NCBI RefSeq assembly: GCF_030144855.1
Contig: NC_082714.1
Location: 56,110,001 to 56,174,000, forward strand
DNA length: 64,000 bases
Direction: 5' to 3'
From: Hypanus sabinus
Taxonomy: Eukaryota
The position numbers and the translations under genes were made by a program. Each line of letters begins with the position of its first letter. Positions within the stretch are counted from its first letter, which is position 1. The notes below the pieces were generated by a model. That model was not told the DNA's origin. It ran no database searches and saw nothing but the letters and a program-made list of their open reading frames with translations. Of this stretch, positions 37,980-50,631 are shown in pieces.

Positions 37980-38739
37980 GTATGTTGTGAAGGGAGGGTG
38001 GGTTTGTACTAATTTTTATGTTGTACTAGTTAATATTTAAATGTAAATTTGCAGTGGTGCTATTGTGCATGACAATGAAGACCAGGACAGTTCTTCTAGG
38101 CACCTTCTATATGGCCAAAGCTAGAAAAGTAAGAAATAGATGTGCATTTCTGTAGTGGCTTTTATGCTTCTGTATAATTAATATTGTCAACTTTGTCCTC
38201 TTGTGTTGAAGGCTAATACACGGTTTGCTTTCTTAAATGCTTGCTATACCTGTGTTAACTTTTGGTATGTGTAGAAGGTTACCCAGTTCCTTTGAGCATT
38301 GGTAGTTTCTAATCATCTTTTCAAAATAACTTTCCCACTTTTTTCTACTAAAGTCTACAATATAGACTTTTTCTTATTGTATTCCAATATGCCATTCACT
38401 TCTCTGCATTCTTTTGAAACCCATAATTCCATCCATCTTTGCATCAGCAAACTTGTATATATTCTGCTTGGTTCAGTAATCTAATTTATTGCTGTGGCAC
38501 TGCTCTATTCATTTTGATCAACTTAATTGGCCTGTTGATTGTTGCTCTTTTCTGTTAACTAATTAATCCATGCTGTACTCACTGTTTTATAAACCTTTGC
38601 AGAACTTCTGAAAATCTAAGTATACAATATCCTCCATTTTCCTCTATGGCTATTTTGCTGGTTAGTACCTCCAAAACTTCTCAGATTTTGCAAATGATTT
38701 TTTTTCATAAATCTGCATTGATTTTACCTAACCCGTTCT

Positions 38740-39290
38740 AAGATTTCACCATTTCTGACACCTCTGTCCCCTTTCTAGATCTCCATCTCTGGAGACAAAC
38801 TGTCTGGCTGTTCCTTTGTCCCTTCTTGCTAATCTGTCTCCTGGCACTTATCCCTGCAAGTGGCCAAAGTGCTACACCTACCCCCATTCACCACTTCCCT
38901 TGCCTCCATTCAGGGCCCCAGGCTGTCATTCCAGGTGAGGCAACACTTCACTTTTGTGCCAAGATGAGGGTGGAGGACAAACACCGTATTGCATCTGGAT
39001 AGCTTCCAACCTGATGGCATGAATATCAATTTCTTGTGTTTTTTTTAGAAGTCTTTTCCCTCCCTTCCTATTCCCATCACTGTCCTTTTACTTTTTTTTC
39101 ACCTGCCTTTCACCTCCCCTTGGGGTCCCTCCTTTCCCTTCTCCTATGGTGTATTGTCCTTTCCTATCAGCTTCTTTCCTCTCCAGCCCTATTCCTTTCC
39201 TACTCCCTGGCTTCACTTATCATTGTCTAACTACCTTTCTTCTCCTTTCCCCGCCCCACCTTTTTATTCTGGGGTCTAGCTCCCAGTCTG
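38740..39290 (+). mobile_element. Penelope-like fragments
   Basis: PFLDLHL RT tail, PGTYPCK..KCYT and IQGPR..FQVRQHF linker/GIY-YIG pieces. Confidence 0.65.
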
Positions 39291-40067
39291 TGGAATGTAT
39301 TCTAAAATACCATAGGTTCTAGTAGTTGTTGTTCACCTTCAGGCTCTTTTAAAATAGATGATACGTCTGGATACTGTGAACTTCTAGTCTGATAAAGATG
39401 GACACAGTACTTGATCTGTTTCCTTCATTTCCCCTGAATTTGTTTATAAGGGGCACACTTTGACTAGTGCTGTTTTTCCCTTATCTGAAAAGTTTGTAGT
39501 TTTTTCCCCTCATAAGATTACTTTTTGTATCCTATTTTCCCTTGTTTTTAATTCCGGAAAATTTTCTCAATATTGTGAGAATGTCTTTCTGACAATAGTT
39601 GGCCCTTTTAATGCTCCCTTTAACTTATCAGCCATGACTTAATCACTTGCTGCTGAGTTTGTGTGCGTTATAGGAATATGTACTTGTTGAAAACCATGTT
39701 TAATCTTTAAATGTAAGCCATTGCATGTTTATTATTTTACCTTTTAAATGTTTTTATTGTATTAGGGGTCTTGTGCTTATGCAGGTTGCTTTATTTGGAT
39801 TGCTGATCTTTGTTTTGGGTTAAACAAATTGCTGCTTTTTTATTCTGCTCTGTTAAGAATATAAATTTTATGTTCTCTTCAGCCCCCTTAACTACTGAAT
39901 CATCAAATAATACTTCATCATTCATCAGTGCTGTATTTATGGTGACCCATTTCCCTAATTATTTATTCACGTATTGATCTAGAAGCCCTCTGTCCTACTC
40001 TAATAACAGTAGGAATGAATTCTTGTTGATTTGGTTTGCCTAATCTAAATTAGTGATCTATGATAAT

Positions 40068-40622
40068 ACTCAGTGGCCACTTTATTGGGTACCTCCTGTA
40101 GTTAATAAAGTGGCCACTGAGTGAAAATTTGTGGTCTTGCTGTAACCCATTCACTTCAATGTTTGTGTTCAGAAATGCTCTTCTGCACAGCACTGTTCTA
40201 AAGCGTCTTTGAGCTTCTGTTGCCTTCCTGTCAGCTTGAGCCAGTCTGGCCATATTCCTGACCCCTTAACAAGGTGTTTTTACCCACAAAACTGCCGCTC
40301 ACTGGATGTATTTTCTTCCCCTTTCTTGCACCATTCTGTAAACTAGGGACGATTGTGCATTTAAAAAAAAAATAAAAAAAATAAAAAAAATTCCCAGGAT
40401 ATCAGCAGTTTCAGAGACTCAAACCATCCCATCTGGCAGCAACAATCATTCTGTGGTCAAAGTCACTTGGATCACATTTCTTCCCCATTCTGATATTTGG
40501 GCTGAACAATAACTCCCTTTTGACCATATCTGCATGCTTGCATGCATTGAGTTGCTGCCACATGATTGGCTGATTAGATAATTGCATTAACAAGCAGATG
40601 TACCTAAAGTAGCCAGTGAGTT
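40068..40622 (-). mobile_element. Tc1-like non-autonomous element with TIRs
   Basis: ACTCAGTGGCCACTTTATT at left, degenerate inverse at 40600-40622; MGKKCDPSDFDHRMIVAARWDGLS. Confidence 0.8.
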
Positions 40623-41353
40623 TGTTACTCCTAACTGCATGTGGTTTTAACTTGTACTATGCTCTATATTATCACTTCCACTTTGGGGTCCCTTAAATAG
40701 CTGTCTTTTGCCTCTTTACATTCCTTGGTGCTGCCCAAACTGATTTTGCTTTTCTCTTGCACCCAAAGAGATTCAACCAGTTGGATATTCTACTGTCTAA
40801 CTACCTCTATAAATAAACTTGCAGATTACTTTGCCAGTCTGGGATGTGGGCAAAATGAACAATGCAAAATATGGTGAGTTCACTTTGACATTGAGATGCT
40901 GTTGAGGTAATTGGTAATGTTGGTGATGGACAGCATGTTATTCTGACATCAGGATAACAACTTTTACTTTTTAACTATGGCACTCCTGCTCTGCAAGTGT
41001 TTCAGGAGTGGCAGTAGGTAGTAATCTTTCCTAAGCTACCACTACCTAGTGGTTGTAACTGTTGGGAAAATCTCAGTTCATTTAGCCAGAGGTATGATGG
41101 CTGCTTTTTTAGCTGCCATTTGCTCTATCCCAAAATGGTTTGGGTGCCAGGCAGCTAAAGTTTCTGATAAATTCAGGGTGAGATCATCTGTTCATAATTT
41201 CATGATAAATCATTTGGAGGTAATAGAGAGGAGCAAATCAGAGGGAGGTATTTACCACTGCACAGAAATTGATCTACATCATTTGCCCTAATAGTAAAAA
41301 GCACCCAAGCTAATTTTTCAAATATTGGATTAGGATCAACACTTTCTTTTCAG

Positions 41354-41562
41354 GTCTCACTCCTGCCATGCAGAAAGTCATGTACAAGGGTCTGCTCCCA
41401 GAAGATAAAACTTTACGTGAAATAAAAGTAACAAATGGTGCAAAAATCATGGTTATTGGATCAACAATTAATGACGTTTTAGCAGTAAACACACCAAAAG
41501 AGGTTGTACAGCAAGAGGCCAAAGCTGAAGAACCCAAAAAGGAACCTCTCTGTAGGCAAAAG
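41354..41562 (+). CDS. UBFD1: UBFD1 coding exon 3
   Basis: TTTCAG acceptor; LTPAMQKVMYKGLLPEDKTLREIKVTNGAKIMVIGST..KEPLCRQK; GTAAGT donor. Confidence 0.96.
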
Positions 41563-42611
41563 GTAAGTAGTTTTTGTCATAGTCCATGTTGGGTATTACG
41601 GGAGCAAGAGGTTGTCATTCAGCCTTTCAAGCTTGATGCACAGGAAAATTTAAGTTCACGTTCTAACTTTCTCAAATCTTATTTACTCCATTCTGTGCAG
41701 TACTTGATTTGATGGGGGTTTTGTAGGTTGACAGCATCTCTACCCTGACATTGCCAGCTGTGAAACTTATGCTCAGCAAAACTTCTCACAAGAGATGACC
41801 AGTGCTATTTTGCTCAGCTTTCTGTGCCATCCATGTTGGGGATGTCAGAATGTAGTTTTTGGTTTAGGCAGTTGTAAGTGTCTTATTCCTCACCCCCCCC
41901 CCCCCCCCATTCAAATCATGGCTACATTAATTGTAGCCAAGTAACTGTTTTATTTAAGGGAACAAGAACTCTGCCTTTGACAAAAAATGCTCAGTCTAAG
42001 CTGAGAAAGTTAATATGGAATTGGAGTATGGACTTTTTTTTTGCTACCTAGATAATTAGGATATTCACACTACTAAAAAGAACTTTGTGAAGTATTTGTA
42101 AGCCTTTTGAGTTTTAAGGAGTTAAGCTAAAATGAACCCAGTGAATGGCAGACTCTTTGGGTATGATCAGAAGAAAGAAGGCAAATGGTATTTCTTTTTG
42201 ATTAAGTTTACATTGATGGATCCAGCAGTCAGACAAGCTAGGGAGATAGTAGAATTGTGGGATTTGATCATTTGAATGGTTTTGGTAGTGAGACTATTGG
42301 AAAGGTTATGGTGTGATTTACTGAGTTTTGGTCAAAACATCTGGATGTTTACTTGGTGCTATTGTAGTTTACAAGAGGAGATTCTGTTAAATGGAGCCAA
42401 GAATGCAATAAAATTAAGCTTCTCTTGCTGGGAGAACAATTAATGTAAAACACGCAACACAGTAAGGCCCTTTGGCCCACGATGTTTTGCAACTTTATAA
42501 TCCACTCTTAAATTCAATCTTGCCCTCCCCTCCTCCATTTGCCTATCTCCCAACATGAACTTTAATGTTACTTTTGACTCTGATTTTTTGAGTTTGCTTT
42601 TTTATGTATAG

Positions 42612-42677
42612 CAACACAGAAAAGTATTGGACAAAGGAAAACCAGAAGATGTCATGCCATCCATTAGGGGTGTTAAA
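42612..42677 (+). CDS. UBFD1: UBFD1 coding exon 4
   Basis: TAG acceptor; QHRKVLDKGKPEDVMPSIRGVK; GTAAGT donor. Confidence 0.95.
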
Positions 42678-43254
42678 GTAAGTAGATACTTTTGATATTT
42701 GCTGTTTTTGTGACATCTTGTAGCATTTCTTTTGTGGAGGCTGGGAGATGGGGTCAGTGGAGTTGGAATGCTTTACTCCAAAGTTTGAAATCCAGGCTGA
42801 TGGCTTCATTGTAGTGCCTAGGGTCTAGTTTACAAAATTGGCAGACTTGAGACCTTATGAGGAAGATTGGAACCTGGTGTGTATTTGATGCCATTGGTAA
42901 CATCCAGTCACAACAAGTTGCTGATTAAAGTCTTGAGCACCAAGGGTGGAGTCTTTTCTTTACTTCTCCCCTTTAAAAACTGGGCACTCAGCAAGTCAGG
43001 CAGCATCTGTGCAGGGAACTGGAAGCTTCAACTGTCTGTCTCCCTCCATTGATGCAGCCCAAATTCCTCCAGCATGCTTGTGTTGCTTCACAGTACATCA
43101 TTTGCAATCTTCTGTGTCGTGGCCTATTGGTTCTGTCTTCGCAACAGATATTATTTAGCTTGTACATTGAATCAAAAGGTGATGGCAAATGGCTACTTTT
43201 TGATTTCCTGCTTGCCCACTAGTGTTGGAAACTATTGATCCATGTACTTTGCAG

Positions 43255-43360
43255 GAGCGTTTGCCAAGTGTGCCATTGTCAGGCATGTACAACAAGTCAA
43301 GTGGAAAAGTACGATTAACTTTCAAACTAGAGCAGGACCAGCTGTGGATTGGAACCAAGG
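43255..43360 (+). CDS. UBFD1: UBFD1 coding exon 5
   Basis: TTGCAG acceptor; ERLPSVPLSGMYNKSSGKVRLTFKLEQDQLWIGTK; GTAAGT donor. Confidence 0.96.
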
Positions 43361-44021
43361 GTAAGTTTTGCAGATAGTACTTCTTTTATGCATCATTGAT
43401 TATACTTTATATAACTAATCTGTGCAGAATAAAAAAGATGACCATCTTGCTTCATTTAGTGTCAAAAGGCAAAGATGGCCGGCTTTCTGTATAAACACTA
43501 ATTGACGCATAAGGTATCTGAGCTTCATTCTCTTGCCTACTTCCATGGCCTTCGTGTTTTAAATAGGCTCCAGGGCTGAATTTCCTCCTTTGGAAAGAAC
43601 TGGTTGCCTGGAACACTGAATAGCATTCTTCCATAGCTTAATATCTGCAGATGTCTGCCCAAGAGTCACACTAGGAGGTAATGGGTTTGACTGAAAGATT
43701 CAGGAGGTTGAGTATCAGGATGATTCAAAACAAAAGTTGTGTGTTTTACCCTAAGAAACAACTTGATCATTTGGAATAGTACAGTCACCTGAAATTGAAT
43801 TCAATTTTGCCTATCAGAGATTAGAATGGTCAAGGCAAATTGCTGATCATTGAATCTACAGTTGTTACACTTAAGATTTAAGTTCAAGTCAAAGGTTTGT
43901 GGGAGTGGTACAAGAAACTGGTGTATGAATTTATTCATGTCTTGATGAAAAGACATCAAGTTGCACAGCAGCAAGTTCCTTTAAGGTTCTGACATGGCTG
44001 TTTTAAATTGTTTCTTAACAG

Positions 44022-44104
44022 AAAGGACAGAGAAAATCCCTATGGGTTCTATCAAAAATGTGATCACTGAACCCATTGAAGGACATGAAGATTATCACAT
44101 GATG
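44022..44104 (+). CDS. UBFD1: UBFD1 coding exon 6
   Basis: AACAG acceptor; ERTEKIPMGSIKNVITEPIEGHEDYHMM; GTGAGT donor. Confidence 0.96.
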
Positions 44105-44379
44105 GTGAGTATTGACTGAAGGGAGGGTGATTGATGCATGGCAGCAAGATGTTGCCATTGAAACGTCAATGTTGACAAGGCAGGAGTGAACTGCCAAAAA
44201 GAATATGGCAGAAGTTTGGAGTAAGCAGGAAGTTAAAGGGTCCAGGGGAAAGCTGGCAGAATTGAGCAAAATGTGTGTGGGGGTGAGGCAGAGGAGTGTT
44301 TGGAGAATTATGGAAGAGCAACCTTCAATAGTTTTCCTGTTATGACCACTGAGACACGTCAGCCTTTATTGCAATTCAG

Positions 44380-44610
44380 GATGGTATAGGCCCTTTTGGC
44401 CCTTTGAGCTGTGCTACCTAGCAATCCTCTGATTTAATCCTAGTCTAATCATGTGACAATTTACAATGTCCAATTAACCTACCAGCCTCTACTTTGTTGA
44501 ACTGCGGGAGGAAACCTACATGGTCACAGGAAGAATGTGCATGCTCCTTACAGGCAATGGCAGGAATTGAACTCTGGGTTGCTGGTACTGTAAAGCTACC
44601 CAGCCACCCC
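44380..44610 (-). mobile_element. V-SINE/HE1-like SINE
   Basis: Reverse-strand B-box-like GGAATTGAACTCTGGG, GGAGGAAACC central domain, CR1-like tail. Confidence 0.6.
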
Positions 44611-45307
44611 ATGGTCTGACTTGCAGACTCCCTCAGCTTCTGAATGAGGAGCCATTTACATTGTGTGCGTATGGTTTTTTAAAAAAAAGTCACTAATTGC
44701 AATGTCTCTAACCACTCAGCAGACATGGCCAATAGTGCCTACAAGTTTAAAAGTTCCTGAATAGTGGCACAATTCAACTAAAACATGCCTGCTTCTTGCT
44801 ACCTTTTGAGTGTAGCTCTCATGAAAGAGTGGAGAATGTTGCAGTTTCATTCTGCTGAGCAATAAAGGTGCAGTGAAGTTAAATGTTGAAGACAAAGGGG
44901 AGAATTGAGGAGAAAAGTTGCCCTTGGAAACTTTTTTGGTTCATGATTTGGTGTTGATATACCTATCTAAAGGTTGTAGACTTTTGTGGGGAGGATACCA
45001 CGATAGCATTAATTTTTTGGCTTGAGTAAATGGGATGAATTTGTGACCATGGGGAGATTTAACAGAAGTACTTATTATTTTGAAGCACAAAGATTACTGT
45101 TATTCGATGTCCTCAACACCACCAAGAAGAACAAACTGGTTGTTCGTTATACTTACTGTAAGATCTTGCCTTTGGCTTCATGCGCAATAGTTGGATTACA
45201 AGGTACTGCAAAGCATATGTAGTGGTCTAGGATGCTGTACAAATATAAGCCTCTTTTGTCGATTAATGGAATTTTTAGTTTGTAATCATTGTTATTCATT
45301 TTTCCAG

Positions 45308-45418
45308 GCATTTCAGCTGGGTCCCACTGAAGCTTCTTACTATTGGGTTTACTGGGTGCCTACACAGTATGTTGATGCAATCAAAGATACAGTCCTTGGG
45401 AAGTGGCAGTATTTTTGA
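45308..45418 (+). CDS. UBFD1: UBFD1 last coding exon
   Basis: TTCCAG acceptor; AFQLGPTEASYYWVYWVPTQYVDAIKDTVLGKWQYF*; spliced CDS 16+288+209+66+106+83+111=879 nt. Confidence 0.97.
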   Translation, partial: AFQLGPTEASYYWVYWVPTQYVDAIKDTVLGKWQYF

Positions 45419-46364
45419 ATGTACCTCCACCTCTGGCAGTGAAGGATAGACTGAAACCAAAGGACTACAGAATTTATTGGAACTCGCTTAATTACTGGAT
45501 TATAATTTTTCCTCCCACCCCACCCCCCTTCCCAAATCCTTGGAAGATGCCAACAATAATAGATTCAAAAAAAAAAGTTGAAGATCCTCACCAGAAGCTG
45601 GAGGTGGTTAATCCAATGTGACTTTACCTGTGAACATCAAATTTAAAAAAAAATTCAAAGAAGCAAAACGTCAAATTATCCAAGTTCTTTGAGAGCCACA
45701 ATTATCTACAGGTGATGTGCTAGAAGCATTTTATTATATCTATTATAACATGGATAACATCCCACTTTGGGCTTTTTAAGCATCCACGGAGCAGTAACTG
45801 TAAAAAAAACAGTACAGTGGGGCTCTACTTGATGTGCTGCTTGGCTCTATCTTTATGTGGATCCATTGTACTTGATAAAACCAAATTGTGGAATATTTAT
45901 TTCTTTAAGCAATCTTTAATCACGTCTGTTCTCAGGAGATTTCACAATTGGTTGCCTTGTATTTAAATATCTGCCCTCATGGGTTATTCAGTCTATCTCC
46001 ATGCCAACAGGAAAGGTATCTGGCCTAATTCCAATTTCCAGTTTTGGTCTGCAAATTGGTAAATTATGGCACATCAAATGTGCCACCAAATTCATTTAAA
46101 CATAACTATTCTAATGTTTAAACATATGTACCCTTAATTATGTGTTGCCTCAGTCACTAATTATTTTCACAACCAGATAAAGGGAGAGCATAGAGTAAAT
46201 GGTGCATAACAAATTCTGTTTGTCTGTGCCTTCTCATTGCTTTCAAACTAGCTTTGCTATTTAATTGCAGGCATGAAACCCAGAGATTTCACTATGCAAT
46301 TATGCAGAACCCACTGTACTTCCTCTGACTTGTATTTGAAAGAAAGCAAAACCATATTTGGATG

Positions 46365-48172
46365 AATAAATCATGAAGTGTTATCCCCCAATTCCATAGG
46401 GCAGTACCTGTTTAAAGCTGCATGACCATTTCCACTTCAATTTTGTTTCTTGTGGCTTAGAGGTTTCAAGGGGGAAATGGTAGATAGCAGGAGGGCAGTG
46501 GATGAGCTACAAAGCATTTTCTAGATGTGAGTTGCACTTTGCTTCTACCTATTTGTTCCAGGTAGATGTCAGCTTTACCTGGCATCTGAGGGTTGGAAGC
46601 TGGGAGGAGTGTTTGAGTTATTAATGCACGGAGGATTATTCACTTGTGTTACTGGCATTCATCTGTTGGCTGTGCTGTGTATCTGTAGGTTTGGTAGTGT
46701 ACTCATGGCTGGGGAAGGCAAAACTGGTTCAACTGTCAATAAAGCATGCTTTTCAGAAGATTGGAAATGACTAAAACATCAAGCAACTTCTGAACACTAA
46801 ATGGCCGTTTCTGCTTGCCTCCATGGAGTTGTATAGGTTTGCAATGTGTGCCATATAGTTTGGTTCCGAGTCATTTAAAGTGGTGGGGGGCAGGGTTCTT
46901 GTACTGTAAGCTAATCATCAGATCAAGCCATCATTTAAATTTCAGAATTTTCTGACTGACACTAAATATTTGAAGAGTGCAGAGAAAGCTTTGCTCTTTG
47001 CTATCTAGCCCATTGAACTTGAGAGTCTTTGGGATGCTGTAGAGGAACCTTACTTTGTATTTTAACTTGATGTACATGACTTGGAAGTATTTTGGATAGT
47101 GTGGAAAGAGCTAACTGTGTACTTGTATTGAATATTTGCACTAATGGCAATAAATGGAATAGTGTGCAGTTTCTAATCACTGATATCCTTTCTTGGATGA
47201 GTATAGATGGATAAATTAAAAGTTGAGTTTATGGGTTTCTGCTAGGTTTATGGATCTTAGACCTGATAACTATGAAAGGTGCAATATTTCAATGTAATAT
47301 GCCTTTTTTTAAAAAAAAAAGAAAGCAATTCTTTGCCCTGTAAGTTTTTCATGGCAGTGACTCCAGTTGAGAGTGTAAAGGGTCATGCAGCTTTAACAAC
47401 AAATAACTTGCAGAATGCATGATTCAAGCACACCAATCTTTGGAAATTAAGGAAGTTGACTTGGTTTAGAATTGCACTGCTTCAAATTTTAGTGCTGACC
47501 ATTAATTATCCCAATGTTTAATTCTGAAAACTAGTCTTTATTGCCAATTAAAGTTTGTTACTTTAGAGTATCCTTGTCTTCTGTTGCGGGTCTGTATGAA
47601 ATGGCACTACACAGTTGGGTATTACTGCAATCCTCAATCCCTTACTAATGTTATCTGATTGAAAATGCCTTTCATTGGGATACATGGAATAAAGGTGGTA
47701 AAATGTAATTCACATACAAGTCAGTGAGATTATCTGTGACAAAGAGCTAAATGAGGCCTGTAGATGGTAACCTATACATAATTTCTGTATGCATAAGTTT
47801 GAGGAATTCAAATTGATTTTAAAAAGAAAAGGCCAAAAAAAAGTAAGGGTATAGATGTTTCAGACACTAGACTGAACAGTGAATGATGCTTGATTAGCTG
47901 AATGGCTTCCTCCAGTTCCTTATCAGATTCAGTATTTTCTAGTGTGACAGCGTTTGTGCAGATAGAAACCGATCAGTCAATAGTTGGAGATGCAGAGGGG
48001 AAAACAAAGGCATGGGGAGCTGTAGAGCTATGAAGCTGAAAGTTGAAGTGACTTAAATGATCTTGCTGGAAATATGCACTAGCTAAAACGTGGAACTTAA
48101 TTTGAGTAGAGGATTTTTTTTTACACTGGCATACACTTCAGGAGGCTAACTCTTTGTTCCAGATTGAATAAA
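46365..48172 (+). terminator. Candidate UBFD1 poly(A) signals (AATAAA at about 46365, 46738, 47149, 47688, 48167)
   Basis: Hexamers in largely repeat-poor sequence downstream of the stop codon; which one is used is unknown. Confidence 0.4.
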
Positions 48173-48699
48173 ATGGAGAATTAAAGTGACAAATCACATT
48201 TTGCAAGCTGAAGAGATGTTCAGGTCCGTAAATGTATGTGGAATTGTAAGTAGTATCATTAAACAGCTGCTTCAGGTGGAAAGTATTTGGAGCCTCGCGC
48301 TTCCTGTTTGGGATTTGTTCTCAAGTTTAGAATCTGCTACCAGTAATGTGTCCTTCCTTCGGGGGGGGGGGGGGAGAAAGGGACGAGGGACGAGAGCCAA
48401 GTTATGGGGGAAATGGAATAGATAGTCGATGGTTCTGTTTCCAGCTTTCGAGGTTAGACGTAGTGGAAGCATTAGTATGGAAGTGGCACAGTAAGAGCAG
48501 GTGCAAGTGAAACCGGGTAAAAGGAGACGTTTGGCAGCGTGTCCTGTAAAATAGAAAATAAAACGTGGAGTAGGGAAGGGTTTGAGACGGTAAAGATGCA
48601 ACGAAGTTGAAGATTTTACTTCGTGTACTGTCTGGGTGAGGTACCGATACAGTGATTGTTTATTGGGGAAGAGGGTTTGTGAAGGGGTGAAATCCAAAA

Positions 48700-49400
48700 G
48701 GCAATTGTAGGTGTATCTCACAGCGCCAGTGACATTTTATTACTGCTTGTCTTTAACTGGCCTCGCCATGCTCCCGGAACGGGAAGTCACAGGAGCCCGT
48801 CTCGACAACATTTACAAACAAAACAGCTCCACGTGTCAGAGTTGTCACTTTCGGTTCGCCAAACCCGTCTCCATCCGCAACGGACACAGATGCTCCGCCC
48901 ATCTGGCCGCAAGCCAATCATCTCTTAGCTTCCCTCCGTTCCATTGGTGGGTTTTTACGTTACTCATTTAGTTCCTGGATTCTCCTCCAATCGTAATCGA
49001 GCCTGGAGTTCCGTCTTCTGTTTAGCCAATCGCGGGTGAGCGGCGGGTGCTCCGGGCCGCAAGCGGGCGCGCGCTATGGTTGTCCGCTGACGGTTGGAGC
49101 GCGAGGGCGAGGCATGGCGCGGGCCCGCGGGTGGGAGGTGCTGCTCGCCCTCAACTAAGCACGAAGCCATGGCGGGGTCCCGGCGGCCAGTAGCCCTCAT
49201 CTTGGTCGTCCTCCTGCTGCGTGGTGTGGGATGGGTGAGTCATCGGGCGAGTGGAGGCGCGCTTCCTCTGGCCGTACAGAGTAGTGGGTTGAGGCATGGG
49301 TTAATGGTGCGCAGGGGAGGGGCGTCGTAATGAGGGACCCCGGAGGAAGAGGATCGCAGTCGCCCGCTAATCCTCGCCTCGACCGGCAGGGTTTTGATCC
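48700..49400. promoter_or_regulatory. CpG-island promoter, probably bidirectional
   Basis: High CpG density; four CCAAT boxes (~48914, 48943 reverse, 48987, 49026); CACGTG E-box ~48830; CCGGAA/GGAAGT ETS sites ~48775. Confidence 0.8.
49169..49234 (+). CDS. First coding exon encoding a signal peptide; tentatively ERN/IRE1-like; downstream exons not found
   Basis: Strong Kozak GAAGCC ATG G; MAGSRRPVALILVVLLLRGVGW (basic n-region plus hydrophobic h-region); GTGAGT donor, phase 0. Confidence 0.72.
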
Positions 49401-49799
49401 CGCTCCTGTGTTTGTGGGTTGCTGACGGCTCAGCTACTCTGCACCTGAGTTCATGGGCACAGATTTGAAAAACGTAGGGACGACAAGTAGCATAACTGCT
49501 CCTCAGATTACTGCGAAGATAGCAGAAACTTTTCCGTGTTAGTAACGAGACTGAAAACTTATAAAGTATGGGAACTATTGCTAAAGCGTATTCGACTGCA
49601 GGGAAATTGGTGTGAAGGATTTCAATGTTGTTGAAATCTGCGGATATTAAAAGGTTCTTGGTCCAATGTGCATCTGGTTTTAACCATACACGTAAATCAT
49701 TACGATTTGGTATTTAGGTTATGCTGTGGATTTCGGCTACACCCCATTAAGCTGACGAAGATTTGACTTGTCGAATGACTGGAGAGAACTTTATAAAGA

Positions 49800-50155
49800 C
49801 TCTGTAAAATCATTTGCCCCTCAACTCGAGATGTCGAGGTACTTTACAACCGTATTTTGCAAGTATAGTTAGTTTTAGGAATCGGGGGAGTCATTTCTCG
49901 TCAGCAAGTTCCCAAGAGTAATATCAGATATATAATGTACTGACGAATTCAGAACGCCCGACAATTTCCATTCACTGTTCGCAATCATGCAGGATAATGG
50001 AAAAGACAGACCGTTCCCCACTTTAATGTCCCAGCTGAAAGGGACATTGTACCCAAATTTTGCGATAGCTTCCGGAATTTCTGTACTTGGGTCTCCGATG
50101 TGGGAATTGAAGCTGCCATTTCTGTTTAAGGCAGAATGCTACCAAGTGAACCTTG
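49800..50155 (-). mobile_element. Deu-SINE-like ancient SINE remnant
   Basis: TTTAATGTCCCAGCTGAAAG..GTGGGAATTGAA..GAATGCTACCAAGTGA resembles the recalled Deu-SINE layout; a weaker copy lies at about 5-130. Confidence 0.45.
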
Positions 50156-50631
50156 GATAACTTTTTGTTAGCAAAAACTAAACATTTCAAGTGGAAGCAG
50201 CTGTTTTAATTTGACGCCTGGACTTTGCTGTGAGTTTTCACTATTTTGCGCTTTTGATCTGCTTAAGTACGGGGTGGTAATAGAAAACATAGTTTGGTTA
50301 AATTTCCTGTGTTGCTTTTGTTTCTGACCCATTAAACATGCTAATTCTGCAAAGCGATAACACGATCCAGATTGCGGACTAAAAGTATAACAGGATCTTT
50401 CCAAATAGCAGGTAGACATACCTTTTCCCTCGCCCGCATTCAGTTATTTCTGATTTAACACTTTTAAAGAGACTTAAAATAATTAAACTTTGACAGTGCC
50501 TTATTCCTAGGAACAAATTATCAAAGCAGGCAAAATAGCTTCTGATTGAACATTGATACTTCATGCTCAGATGTAATACATCAAATCGGGGTGTAGTTTC
50601 CCACGTTGAATAATTGTAGAATTTTATAAAC

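Noticed and set aside
11805-48375. Recurrent long C/G homopolymers as a functional system
   Set aside because: Many lie inside repeats where length varies between copies; slippage or sequencing error suffices
48820-49050. ERSE/UPRE stress elements in the putative ERN promoter
   Set aside because: No CCAAT-N9-CCACG or exact TGACGTGG; only plain CCAAT boxes and a CACGTG
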